Below, piece by piece: positions 9,978 through 19,143 of a DNA stretch of 53,257 bases; positions within the stretch are counted from its first letter, which is position 1; each line of letters starts with the position of its first letter. A model generated the notes under the pieces. It was not told the origin of the DNA and searched no databases. It was given only the letters and a program-made list of their open reading frames with translations. A program made the position numbers and the translations under genes. The stretch covers positions 1 to 53,257 of the forward strand of contig JAAFKI010000144.1 of assembly GCA_021399345.1 (NCBI GenBank), in the 5' to 3' direction. The stretch is from Candidatus Heimdallarchaeota archaeon (GTDB lineage: Archaea > Asgardarchaeota > Heimdallarchaeia > Heimdallarchaeales > Heimdallarchaeaceae).

Positions 9978-10852
9978 CTTCCACTTCTGAAATATTCAAT
10001 AGTTTCAATTATCTCTTCAATATTAGGTCTTTCACTCAATACTTTCTGTCTAGCTATTATTGAATGGATTCTTTTAGGTAAATTAGTTTCAATTGCCAGA
10101 TTGATTGTTTCTTGATGGAAGACAAAATCATAATGGTAGAGGGATAATAAATAACTATCCAAACAAGCATGTTGTAGAAGAAGAAAAAAATTCGAATCTC
10201 CGATTTGGTTCTTTTGCACAGTTTTAGATAACATGAAATCCTTCTTGCTTCCTGATAAAAGGATTAATCTGCTCAAGAAATCTGAATTTTGTTTGTTGAA
10301 TATTTCAGGAGAACTGAAAACAATGAATCTTCCTCTTCTCTTGAAAGCGGCCAAAACCACAGGTTGGTCATCCATTAGAGCAAGAGGGATAAATCGCTTA
10401 ATTCCACTTTCTTTCATAAAACTTTCATTCATATTTGAATTAATAACATGAGCTTTTGTTATGGTTAAATCGGATCCTAATAATCGAACATTCATTGGTA
10501 TTTTTGGCAATCCATATACAAATTTTGATTGAAAAGATATCCCTATCTCCTTTCTGAATTCCTCAAAAAATCTACCTAGCTCTGTCCAAGGCGGAGAAGG
10601 TAATGTTAAAATCAAACAACCCCCAATATCAATATAGGAAATCAATTCAATGTATTGCTCTTGAGTTAGTTTTTTTCGGGGAAGACTTATGAAAAGGATG
10701 TGAGACTTCTCGAGAGTTTTCCGATCTAATCCGTGACTCCTTTTTTTAACAATGTTAAACTTAACATTAGCTATCTCAGGATCAATAGAACTAGTAATGA
10801 CTTTAGGGTTGATTTCTTCATTGAGCGAATAATCTATCGAACAAAGTCTCAT
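9974..10852 (-). CDS. GIFT-domain (GldG/IFT52-like) protein
   Basis: LFISLPRKKLTQEQYIELISYIDIGGCLIL and PVVLAAFKRRGRFIVFSSPEIF...NSDFL resemble GIFT motifs; ATGA overlap with the longin gene. Confidence 0.65.
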   Translation of the reverse strand: MRLCSIDYSLNEEINPKVITSSIDPEIANVKFNIVKKRSHGLDRKTLEKSHILFISLPRKKLTQEQYIELISYIDIGGCLILTLPSPPWTELGRFFEEFRKEIGISFQSKFVYGLPKIPMNVRLLGSDLTITKAHVINSNMNESFMKESGIKRFIPLALMDDQPVVLAAFKRRGRFIVFSSPEIFNKQNSDFLSRLILLSGSKKDFMLSKTVQKNQIGDSNFFLLLQHACLDSYLLSLYHYDFVFHQETINLAIETNLPKRIHSIIARQKVLSERPNIEEIIETIEYFRSGR

Positions 10853-10918
10853 CTAGTCTTAATTAATAAAAAACATATAAACACATTGTGGTTGTAAAAA
10901 AGAGAAAACTGCTGTTCT

Positions 10919-11986
10919 CTACTCAATAGATTTGAGTTTACGTCTAAGGTCTCGTCTCAATTTTCTCGCGGAGTTGTTTTCGGGAGTAATTTTCAAAGTC
11001 TGCATGACTTCATCATATGCTTCTTGATACCTTTTTTTTGCATTCAAGCTTATAGCTCTAAGTAAATGAGCTCGAGAAGTCATATGAGGTCTGTCATGAT
11101 AATCTTCACCAATTTCAGTTAGTACTTTACCAGCATATTCCAATGTTTTGTCATAATTACCTTCCTTGGTGTGCATTAAAGCTAACCTAGACACTAAAAC
11201 AACATTATTTGGATCTCCTTCTAAGTGATCTTCAATAAGCTTGAAGGCTTCTTCAGTAAGATCTGCTGATTCATAATAATCTAATGCTTTCAGCAATAAA
11301 CTTGGATCTTTTATTCTATCAAATGACATGGTTTTGTAATAAATGAATAAATACCAGCCTATAGCCAGAGGAAGAGTCACAAATTGCATAATAATTAGAA
11401 CAATATCTTGTGATGTGAATATTGATACTATGGGGAAATAAGTCATCCCTAAACTGATTATTGTGAATATTGATATGATAAAGTAAAACCTAGTTCCAAA
11501 GAGTAAATTGAATCTCTTCCTAAGGAATAATTTATCATCTTCATCATCTAATTTGATTAAAATTTCAATATTATCTGTGACTAGTACGTGTCCTGTAAAC
11601 TCAAGAATTGAGATGAAAAACAGAGCTACAAAATTAAAGATTATTGCTACCAAGAAATCTATGTCTTGATAAGCAGGATATCTAAATAAGATGAACAAAT
11701 ATCCCAAAATTATTTGAATTAAATGGTAGTTTCTTAACACTTTGATAGATGATAAATGTATCATTCTTTTATAATGAACTTGCTTTGGTAAAGGTCTTCT
11801 TCTAAATCTGACAATTCCCCAACTTACCAGCAATATTCCAATAGCTGGAAAGGAAGCGAAAGCTATAGTGTCATCAGATCTTATATCAGTAAAAGCCAAT
11901 ATAAGAACTACAAAACAAGCTATGACCATACTTAGATCTTCAGGAGAGAGAGACATTTCTTTATCTAATTTATACATACACTGCAC
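10919..11986 (-). CDS. Polytopic membrane protein with C-terminal TPR repeats
   Basis: About 6 hydrophobic segments, then TPR-like helices (DPNN, GNYDKTLEY, ITPENNSA). Confidence 0.75.
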   Translation of the reverse strand: MQCMYKLDKEMSLSPEDLSMVIACFVVLILAFTDIRSDDTIAFASFPAIGILLVSWGIVRFRRRPLPKQVHYKRMIHLSSIKVLRNYHLIQIILGYLFILFRYPAYQDIDFLVAIIFNFVALFFISILEFTGHVLVTDNIEILIKLDDEDDKLFLRKRFNLLFGTRFYFIISIFTIISLGMTYFPIVSIFTSQDIVLIIMQFVTLPLAIGWYLFIYYKTMSFDRIKDPSLLLKALDYYESADLTEEAFKLIEDHLEGDPNNVVLVSRLALMHTKEGNYDKTLEYAGKVLTEIGEDYHDRPHMTSRAHLLRAISLNAKKRYQEAYDEVMQTLKITPENNSARKLRRDLRRKLKSIE

Positions 11987-12045
11987 TAACCTTTCGATAT
12001 GAATAAAAAGTATATATATTGATAAATTTGACGTATAGACAGAAT

Positions 12046-14649
12046 TTATTTTGTTTGTGGTTTTTCAATTTCTTTTGTATAGTTTTTAGCACTTTTCTGT
12101 AACTGTGTTTTATCTAGAACCTTTGCTAAGCGCTCAATTGCATTCAAGTTATGCACCAATGCATCTAACCATGAATACAAATCACCAGGATAGAGCTGAA
12201 TATTATAGTTCTTACGAAATTCACTAGAAATGCGGATAGGGGAATAACCTAGTTTCCTTAGTTCTACTAGTTTTTTCGAAAGGTTAACTTCTCCACAAAT
12301 ACAGAAAGGTCTATCTTCGCATTTACAGGTAAAGAATTCTTTGGTCCAAATTGCAAATGTGTCAATAATCAGTTTCGTAGGACTCTTTCTACCCCATCCA
12401 TGACCTGAATAAAGGTCAAGAATTGCTCCCGAGAATATGTTTGTTGATATATTTGTTTTTAGAGTTCTTTCTATATCCCCATGCACTCTTGGAACTAAAT
12501 GAGCAGATCTAAAAGGTTGTATTTTGATGGCCAAAGTTAAAGCAAAATCTTCCTCAAAGCTTTTGGGTTTTTTCCTTTCAATTTCTTGTACTAAACGGAG
12601 AGCATATGCAGGGGATAAAAATGATAAAGAAACAGCTTTTCCTAAATCTGTAGGAATGATTATCATATTTTCAACATCAATCATTTTCATCTTGCGTAAT
12701 GCTCTCATATTATCAGGAAGAGAACTCGATCTACCTATAATATTAGCAAAAATCATCTTATCATCTGAAATACTGACATTTTGGAAAGCAACTATTGTTG
12801 CTAAAATTTCTTCCTCTTCTTCAATAGTATCTAGAATAGGATCAACATCTTCTATTGGTTTGGTTAATAGATCAAAAGCTACTTGCTCTTCAGTTTCTTT
12901 TTGACCTGCAAATATTTTTCTCCCAGGCTCAATTAAAAGATAGACCTTTCCTTTGTCGTGGAAACCATATCTTCCAGCTCTTCCTAACATTTGATGAAAT
13001 TCTGCAACAGATAACCATTCAATACCCATTGCAAGGTTTTCGAAAATAACTGTGGATGCTGGAAAATCTACTCCTGCCCCTAAAGCTATTGTTGTTACAA
13101 CTGCGGAGTATCTTCCTTTTTCAAAACCTTTCTCAACAATTTTCCTTTGACGATAAGTTAAACCTGCATGATAAAAAGCAGCTGTTAAACCTTTTTTCTT
13201 AAGTTTTTTTGCAACATTCTCACAGTTTCTTCTTGAATTGGTAAAGACTAACGTTTGACCTTTATATCCTGTTTTTGACCTAATTTTTTGTTCATGTTGA
13301 CAGATTTTGAATAGGTGTTCAAATCGTTCATGTTCGTTTTCCGTTAGAACTGAATGTCTTTCCAAAGGTATAGGTCTACCCAAATACTCTACTACTTCGG
13401 CATTGAGATCTTCTCCTAAAACCTTTGGGTTTCCAATGGTTGCAGAGAGATAGATAAATTGAGCTTTGGGAAATAGAGCTTTTAATCGAGAAATTAAACC
13501 ATTTAATCTAAAACCTCTTTCTTTAGCAACAAGCATCTGTACTTCATCAATGACAATGACACCTATATCCCCAATTTCTTTGTTTTTACCATCTCTTAGA
13601 AGAAAATCAAATGCTTCATAGGTTGCAACAATGATATTTGCTGTCTTAAAAGTTTCATCAATTATAGGTTTATGTTCGCCTTCAACTTGAATTCTACTCA
13701 TTCCTACCCTTATAGTAGTTTTTAGTTCCAATGCTTTATACCGTTTTTTGAACTGTTCATATTTCTGATTAGTAAGAGCTACTAGAGGAGATAGATAAAT
13801 GAATTTTTTACCTTTCAAAGCTGAGTTTATGCCTGCTAACTCACCCACAAGAGTTTTACCTGCGGTAGTACCCGCTAATACAAGAAGATCTTTATTTCTT
13901 AGAAGTCCTTTTTCTAGAGCCAATTCTTGAATTGGAAGAAGTGTCTGAATTCCATCACTTATGAGCAATTTTTTGAATTGAGAAGATAATAGGTCAACTT
14001 GGTTTACCTTCATTTTGTCTTCAATTTTCTTGGCTGGGATAATATCAAAGAGTGTTGAATCTGGTCTGTTTATAGGATCTTGGTCTGCACCAAAGGAAAT
14101 ATTCTCTAGAACATCATCTAGGTTACCTTCTCTTTGAGCTTGTTGTTGGAAGAATTTTGTAAGTCCTCCTGTTACAACTAAATTGCTTCGTTGTAGTTCA
14201 CTTGTTAGTAGATTTTTGCTGCAGTAATCACAGATTCGGTTTCCTTTAAATTTGAGAGAATCGTTATCTAAAGCAGTCCATTTGATTCTTCTAGATAGAC
14301 AAAATGAACAAAGAGGAGCAAGTTTTGGTTTTGATATCTTGAAAGTACGACAATATTCTAGTAATCCTGCATTATCCCAGGGGAGATCTGTATCGGGAAT
14401 AAGGAGATATTGAGCATCTCTCAAATTTTCTGTAGCAAAACGGGGACGAATGTAAATATTGGAGCTTCGACCAACTTTAAGATACTTGTAAACCCTCAGA
14501 TGATTCCTTTCATACACAAATTGCAATCTAGTATGAGTTAAAGGTCGTCTTTCCTTACTTGAACCAAGACTAAAATAAATTATGTCTGTGGAACGTTTTT
14601 CTTTGTTCCAATTAAAGAGTATAGCAACATAAGGCTTAGGGAATTTCAT
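12046..14649 (-). CDS. Archaeal Ski2-like SF2 helicase (COG1202/ASH-Ski2 type)
   Basis: TTAGKTL, DEVQ, SAT, YHAGL, QMLGRAGR; C-terminal CKCEDRPFCICG and YPGD. Confidence 0.9.
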   Translation of the reverse strand: MKFPKPYVAILFNWNKEKRSTDIIYFSLGSSKERRPLTHTRLQFVYERNHLRVYKYLKVGRSSNIYIRPRFATENLRDAQYLLIPDTDLPWDNAGLLEYCRTFKISKPKLAPLCSFCLSRRIKWTALDNDSLKFKGNRICDYCSKNLLTSELQRSNLVVTGGLTKFFQQQAQREGNLDDVLENISFGADQDPINRPDSTLFDIIPAKKIEDKMKVNQVDLLSSQFKKLLISDGIQTLLPIQELALEKGLLRNKDLLVLAGTTAGKTLVGELAGINSALKGKKFIYLSPLVALTNQKYEQFKKRYKALELKTTIRVGMSRIQVEGEHKPIIDETFKTANIIVATYEAFDFLLRDGKNKEIGDIGVIVIDEVQMLVAKERGFRLNGLISRLKALFPKAQFIYLSATIGNPKVLGEDLNAEVVEYLGRPIPLERHSVLTENEHERFEHLFKICQHEQKIRSKTGYKGQTLVFTNSRRNCENVAKKLKKKGLTAAFYHAGLTYRQRKIVEKGFEKGRYSAVVTTIALGAGVDFPASTVIFENLAMGIEWLSVAEFHQMLGRAGRYGFHDKGKVYLLIEPGRKIFAGQKETEEQVAFDLLTKPIEDVDPILDTIEEEEEILATIVAFQNVSISDDKMIFANIIGRSSSLPDNMRALRKMKMIDVENMIIIPTDLGKAVSLSFLSPAYALRLVQEIERKKPKSFEEDFALTLAIKIQPFRSAHLVPRVHGDIERTLKTNISTNIFSGAILDLYSGHGWGRKSPTKLIIDTFAIWTKEFFTCKCEDRPFCICGEVNLSKKLVELRKLGYSPIRISSEFRKNYNIQLYPGDLYSWLDALVHNLNAIERLAKVLDKTQLQKSAKNYTKEIEKPQTK

Positions 14650-14670
14650 TTCAATTCACTTTTTCCTAAT

Positions 14671-15219
14671 TCATTTCTCAACCGAAGGTTTGATTGATTT
14701 TCCACATTTGGTGCAGAACTTGGAAGTGACAGAATTAACTTTTTGGCAATGGGGACATTCTTTGTGCAATTGATAACCACAGTTTTTACAAAATTGTAAG
14801 AATGAAACCTCTTTAGAACAGTTAGGACATTCTATTGATTTCTTACTTGTTTGAGTTGGGATTGATTTTGAATCTTGGCTAACTTTTTGAGGGATTTGTT
14901 GTGAAGCTTTGGGAGCTGTTGGTCTCCCTAACCATGAAGGTTTTGCAGGTTGATATGTCGCTCCTGGTGGGGTTCTAGCTTGATGATCTCTTGTTTCAGC
15001 TTCAGGTTTAGCAAAAGTAATGTCCTCAGCTGTTTTAGGATCTACATCAATAACATAATCTAAAGCAGATGTTTGTTCTGGGATGGTGATTTTCTTTTTT
15101 CTTTGCTTAAGAAGTACAAGAGCTAAATAATCCTTTATCTCATCTTGATTTGACCCACAATGTAGGCAAATTCGGTCTTGTTCTTCGATGTCTTCCCAGC
15201 AAGCTAAACACTGCTTCAT
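14671..15219 (-). CDS. Zinc-ribbon protein (N-terminal ribbon, P/Q-rich linker, double zinc ribbon)
   Basis: Start reassigned to MKQCLAC at 15219; six CxxC pairs; the track's longer N-terminus is antisense to the 15356 gene. Confidence 0.8.
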   Translation of the reverse strand: MKQCLACWEDIEEQDRICLHCGSNQDEIKDYLALVLLKQRKKKITIPEQTSALDYVIDVDPKTAEDITFAKPEAETRDHQARTPPGATYQPAKPSWLGRPTAPKASQQIPQKVSQDSKSIPTQTSKKSIECPNCSKEVSFLQFCKNCGYQLHKECPHCQKVNSVTSKFCTKCGKSIKPSVEK

Positions 15220-15355
15220 GAAAATCACTTTTCTAGTCAACTTTTTCTTAACATGGCCTCTTATAAAACTAGCTTTCAAGCTAAAGATATGGTTAAAGGA
15301 ATAATAACTCATAGAAAAGATTTTAATCAAGTGAACTGAACAATATTTGAGATTT

Positions 15356-15745
15356 ATGGCCAAGAAGAAACTGATAAAATGCAAAAATTGTGGAGAAGAG
15401 TGGATTCCGACTGATGTTCCAACAAAAAAGGAATGGAATATTGTCTCTCCAATGCCTGATAAACAAGGCAACGTCACTATTACTAGAATGGCGACCTGGG
15501 ACTGCCCAAAATGCGGTAAAAACCGTACTGGAGCTAAAGGAAAAACCAAGGGTGAGTTTAAAGAAGAGGAAACTCCTAAATATAAAATTGAGCATGCTAT
15601 TGTTTCTGGAGAAAAATTCAATATAGCTGACCTTGCTGAAGAAATAGGTTTTGACATCGAGAGCATTAAGAAAATAATACCAATGTATCTCAAGAAGAAA
15701 AGTATGAAAGGTAAAATTGATGGGGATTATTTCATTCCTGGATGA
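15356..15745 (+). CDS. Cren7-like zinc-ribbon domain fused to a C-terminal winged helix
   Basis: CKNC...KEWNIVSPMPDKQGNVTITRMATWDCPKCG resembles the long-loop Cren7-like family; FNIADLAEEIGFDIESIKK...GKIDGDYF is wHTH/PCI-like. Confidence 0.65.
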   Translation: MAKKKLIKCKNCGEEWIPTDVPTKKEWNIVSPMPDKQGNVTITRMATWDCPKCGKNRTGAKGKTKGEFKEEETPKYKIEHAIVSGEKFNIADLAEEIGFDIESIKKIIPMYLKKKSMKGKIDGDYFIPG

Positions 15746-15840
15746 ATTTCGCTCCATGCAAAAGTTAAAATCTGTCCGAATGGCAAAGATTTTTAAACGT
15801 TTAAAAAAATCACGCACAGAAGATTAAAAAGGGATTAAGA

Positions 15841-16065
15841 ATGGCATATATAGCATATAACGGGCTCTTAACCGGTGGTTGGCTAACCTTTATGGTAGTA
15901 GTTTTTTCTATATTGACAGTTGCAAGCATTATTTGGTTTATATTGTATGTTGAAATGTCGCAGAGAAAGAATTGGAAAATGGTTGTTCTAATAGTTTTTA
16001 TTTGTGCATTAATAACAGCTTTTGAAATTCAGCTCATCCTTCTGAAAATAAATGTCATTTTCTGA
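15841..16065 (+). CDS. OST5/TMEM258-like oligosaccharyltransferase small subunit
   Basis: 74 aa with two TMs; WFILY and CALITAFEIQLILLKINVIF parallel TMEM258 WFFVY and [20 protein letters not shown] (from memory). Confidence 0.6.
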   Translation: MAYIAYNGLLTGGWLTFMVVVFSILTVASIIWFILYVEMSQRKNWKMVVLIVFICALITAFEIQLILLKINVIF

Positions 16066-16207
16066 TTTGATGGGTACACATTTTTATTCACTTATTTCTG
16101 TTTTTGAGATCGTTTCGTTTTCTCACACCAGAAACGATGAAAAAGTTAAATAATCAGTTAATCGTAGAACATCAAGACAGACGGTCAAATACAAGAGCTA
16201 ATTAAGA

Positions 16208-17071
16208 GTGGTAGATGTGATGAAAGAAACCATATTCAAATATATCTCAACAGATGAAATAATTTCTGTCCTATCTACTACTAGTAAAACAGTAAAAAAG
16301 AAACCAAAAGATGATCTTCAGAAGCTTCTGTTCAAGGAACTCAAAGAGAAAAAAATATCCAGTACAAAGATTCGAAATTTCTGGTCTAAAGCATTGAAAA
16401 ATCAGTTTTTTGAAGAGTTTCAACGTGTTTATTTGTTTACCCCTGTCACAAAGTACGATACTTCGACTAAGCTAAAAAAAGAATTAACTAGCAAGTCCAA
16501 GAAATTAAAAGAAGAGAGTGATTTGAAGTTCAGTAATAGTTACATTTCCAAATTGAGTTCATCACCATTGCATTTTGTATATATGTTTGGGTTCAAAGAA
16601 CTTCAAGATCAAAATGATTTAATGAAGTTGCCTTTGGATTCGCTTATGTTTCTCTCAATTTTACCGGAGTTAGGTGTAGCTATTTGTCCTGCATGTGAGA
16701 AGACTAAAAAACATAAGTTCATTGTAAATCTTCTCAAAGCTACTTTTACTAATGTCACCGAACTCAAAGTTAATGCGCTTTTACTTAGAAAATATGCAAC
16801 ACAGGAGACAATAACTAAATTAAGTATAGCTACTCCTCAAGAGATAGCAGGATTTGCTGGACTTGATGTTATTGAGTTTAAAGGACCAAATGTGATGCTA
16901 GGTTTGTCTGGTTTGAAACGAAGACATGATGCAAATGTTGAGGTAATTACAAGAGTAGGTCCATTTAAAGAAATTGAATCTGGTTCAATAATGTTGAAGT
17001 GTGGGAAAGGTATTCATTTTAAAAAATATGCGGGACTTATATCACTCCTAAACACCCTTAAGATTGGCTAA
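16208..17071 (+). CDS. Hypothetical basic protein, candidate CENP-N/Chl4-like
   Basis: The 287-aa ORF is clear; the family call rests on a by-eye alignment only (see findings). Confidence 0.45.
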   Translation: MVDVMKETIFKYISTDEIISVLSTTSKTVKKKPKDDLQKLLFKELKEKKISSTKIRNFWSKALKNQFFEEFQRVYLFTPVTKYDTSTKLKKELTSKSKKLKEESDLKFSNSYISKLSSSPLHFVYMFGFKELQDQNDLMKLPLDSLMFLSILPELGVAICPACEKTKKHKFIVNLLKATFTNVTELKVNALLLRKYATQETITKLSIATPQEIAGFAGLDVIEFKGPNVMLGLSGLKRRHDANVEVITRVGPFKEIESGSIMLKCGKGIHFKKYAGLISLLNTLKIG

Positions 17072-17169
17072 AGCTGAATTGTATGATTTTTTTCAAACTT
17101 TAATGTAATACCTAAAATATTATAATAAATGAAAAAAACCCCACAGCAGAGCTGATAAGGTTAGAAGTA

Positions 17170-17721
17170 ATGATTGAAATCATACAAATTAGTCGTGGAG
17201 GTTCAGGAGGAGTTACAGGAGCTAAAATTCTTGCTGAAGCAGCCATGTATGAAGGTCTAGATGCTCAAGCAATACCAAAATATGGTTCAGAGCGAAGAGG
17301 AGCAGCTGTTGAAGCATATGTAAGATTCAATAATGCTCCAATTAGAATACATAGTCCCGTTTATGATCCAAACCATGCTATGATTCTAGATATTTCATTG
17401 CTTGACAGAATTGATATTTCTAAAGTAGACCAGGATGGAGTAATTGTAATTAACTCCAAAGAAGTTCCTGAAGAATTGAAAGGAACTGGAAGAAAAGTAG
17501 CCTATGTAGATGCAACAGGTATTTCACAAGAACTAGGTTTAGTTCTCAGTGGATTTACTCTGGTGAATATGACTATGTTAGGAGCTTTTGTTAAGGGAAC
17601 TGAATTAATAAGCTTTGAAAACCTAGAGAAGGCAATCAGAAATTATTGGGGAGAACTTGCTCCTAAAAATGTTGAAGCTGCAAAAAGAGCTTACGAAGAA
17701 ACAAAGGTGGTTAGAGTATGA
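17170..17721 (+). CDS. porC: Pyruvate/2-ketoisovalerate:ferredoxin oxidoreductase gamma subunit
   Basis: RGGSGGVTGA, YGSERRGA, VINS, NMTMLGA. Confidence 0.92.
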   Translation: MIEIIQISRGGSGGVTGAKILAEAAMYEGLDAQAIPKYGSERRGAAVEAYVRFNNAPIRIHSPVYDPNHAMILDISLLDRIDISKVDQDGVIVINSKEVPEELKGTGRKVAYVDATGISQELGLVLSGFTLVNMTMLGAFVKGTELISFENLEKAIRNYWGELAPKNVEAAKRAYEETKVVRV

Positions 17722-17990
17722 CAGAGGGACCAAGCTTACCAATATTGTATCCAATGGAAGGAGTAGCTGGAAAAACAGGTGAATGGAGAACTTTCTATCC
17801 TGTATTGAATCCAGATTTATGTATCAAATGCAACATCTGTTGGAAATACTGTCCAGATCATGCAATTTATCGTGCTGATAGAGAAAAAGATGAACCTATA
17901 AGTTTTGATTACGATTACTGTAAAGGATGCGGTATTTGTGCTCAAGAATGTCCAAAGGGTGCTATAACTATGGTTCCACAAGGTGAATGA
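17718..17990 (+). CDS. porD: Oxidoreductase delta subunit (2x[4Fe-4S])
   Basis: TGEWR, CIKCNICWKYCP, DYDYCKGCGICAQECP. Confidence 0.95.
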   Translation: MTEGPSLPILYPMEGVAGKTGEWRTFYPVLNPDLCIKCNICWKYCPDHAIYRADREKDEPISFDYDYCKGCGICAQECPKGAITMVPQGE

Positions 17991-19134
17991 GATGGTAGTT
18001 AAACAAGAAACAAAATCTATGACAGGAAATGATGCGGTGTCTTATGCAGCGCTATTTGCCAAACCTGATGTTATTGCAGCATATCCGATAACTCCCCAAA
18101 CGACGATTGTCGAGAATCTCAGCAGATTTGTAGATGAAGGCAAACTTGATGCTGAATTTATTATTGTAGAAAGTGAGCATTCTGCTCTTGCAGCTTGCAT
18201 GGGCGCTGCTTGGTCTGGTGTGAGAACATTCACTGCAACTTCATCTCAAGGATTATTGTACATGGCTGAAAATGTCTTCTGGACAGGATATGGTCGTCTT
18301 CCAATTATTATGCCTGTAGTAAACCGTTGTCTTGCACCAGGATGGAACATATGGCCAGACTTTCAAGATTCGATGGCTTTCAGAGATGCAGGTTGGATAC
18401 AGATGTATACTAAAAATAACCAAGAAGTCTTTGATACAACTCTTCAAGCTTTTAAGATTACTGAAAGTAAAGATATAGCGCTCCCAAGTATGCCATGTTT
18501 AGATGGTTTTGTAATCAGTCATACAACAGGACAAGTAGATTTACCAGACCCCGAAGATGCTTTTGAATTCGTAGGTCCCTATGATGATCCAGTAATTGAA
18601 TTGGATGTAGAAAATCCTTGGGCTTATGGTTCGATGACTGGCCCTGATCAATATTCAAAGCACAGACGAGATTTAATGGTAGCTATGGAGAGAGCTAAGA
18701 AAAAAATTGTTGATGTTCATAAGGAATTTGAAGAACGCTTCGGTCGTTCATATGGTAATGGATTGGTTGAACCATACGGAGATGACGAAGCAGACTTGAC
18801 TTTGGTAACATTAGGAACTATCGGTGATGAAGCTCATGAAGCCATTGACAGATTGAAAGCAGAAGGTCATAATGTCAATGCGTTAAGAGTAAGAACTTTT
18901 AGACCATTTCCAGTCGAAGATATAGTTGAATTTGCTAAAAAGAATCATAAGCTTGTAGTTATTGATCGTGCTGCAAGTTTTGGGCATGATGGCCCTCTAA
19001 GAATTGAAGTTGAAGCAGTACTAAAAAGACACAACGTTGATACTTCAGTTTCTGGAAAGATTATGGGTCTTGGTGGTGAGGATGTTCCATATTCTGCAAT
19101 TATAGATTTAGTGAAAAAGGAGCTAAAGGAGTGA
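17983..19134 (+). CDS. porA: Oxidoreductase alpha subunit
   Basis: YPITPQT, ESEHSA, TATSSQGL, RPFP; probable start ATG at 17992 after AGGTGA. Confidence 0.95.
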   Translation: MNEMVVKQETKSMTGNDAVSYAALFAKPDVIAAYPITPQTTIVENLSRFVDEGKLDAEFIIVESEHSALAACMGAAWSGVRTFTATSSQGLLYMAENVFWTGYGRLPIIMPVVNRCLAPGWNIWPDFQDSMAFRDAGWIQMYTKNNQEVFDTTLQAFKITESKDIALPSMPCLDGFVISHTTGQVDLPDPEDAFEFVGPYDDPVIELDVENPWAYGSMTGPDQYSKHRRDLMVAMERAKKKIVDVHKEFEERFGRSYGNGLVEPYGDDEADLTLVTLGTIGDEAHEAIDRLKAEGHNVNALRVRTFRPFPVEDIVEFAKKNHKLVVIDRAASFGHDGPLRIEVEAVLKRHNVDTSVSGKIMGLGGEDVPYSAIIDLVKKELKE

Positions 19135-19143
19135 GATGATAAA

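Noticed and set aside
15220-15817. N-terminal extension of ORF 14671..15693 and ORF 15323..15817 (-)
   Set aside because: Antisense shadows of the 15356-15745 gene; the zinc-ribbon protein starts cleanly at 15219
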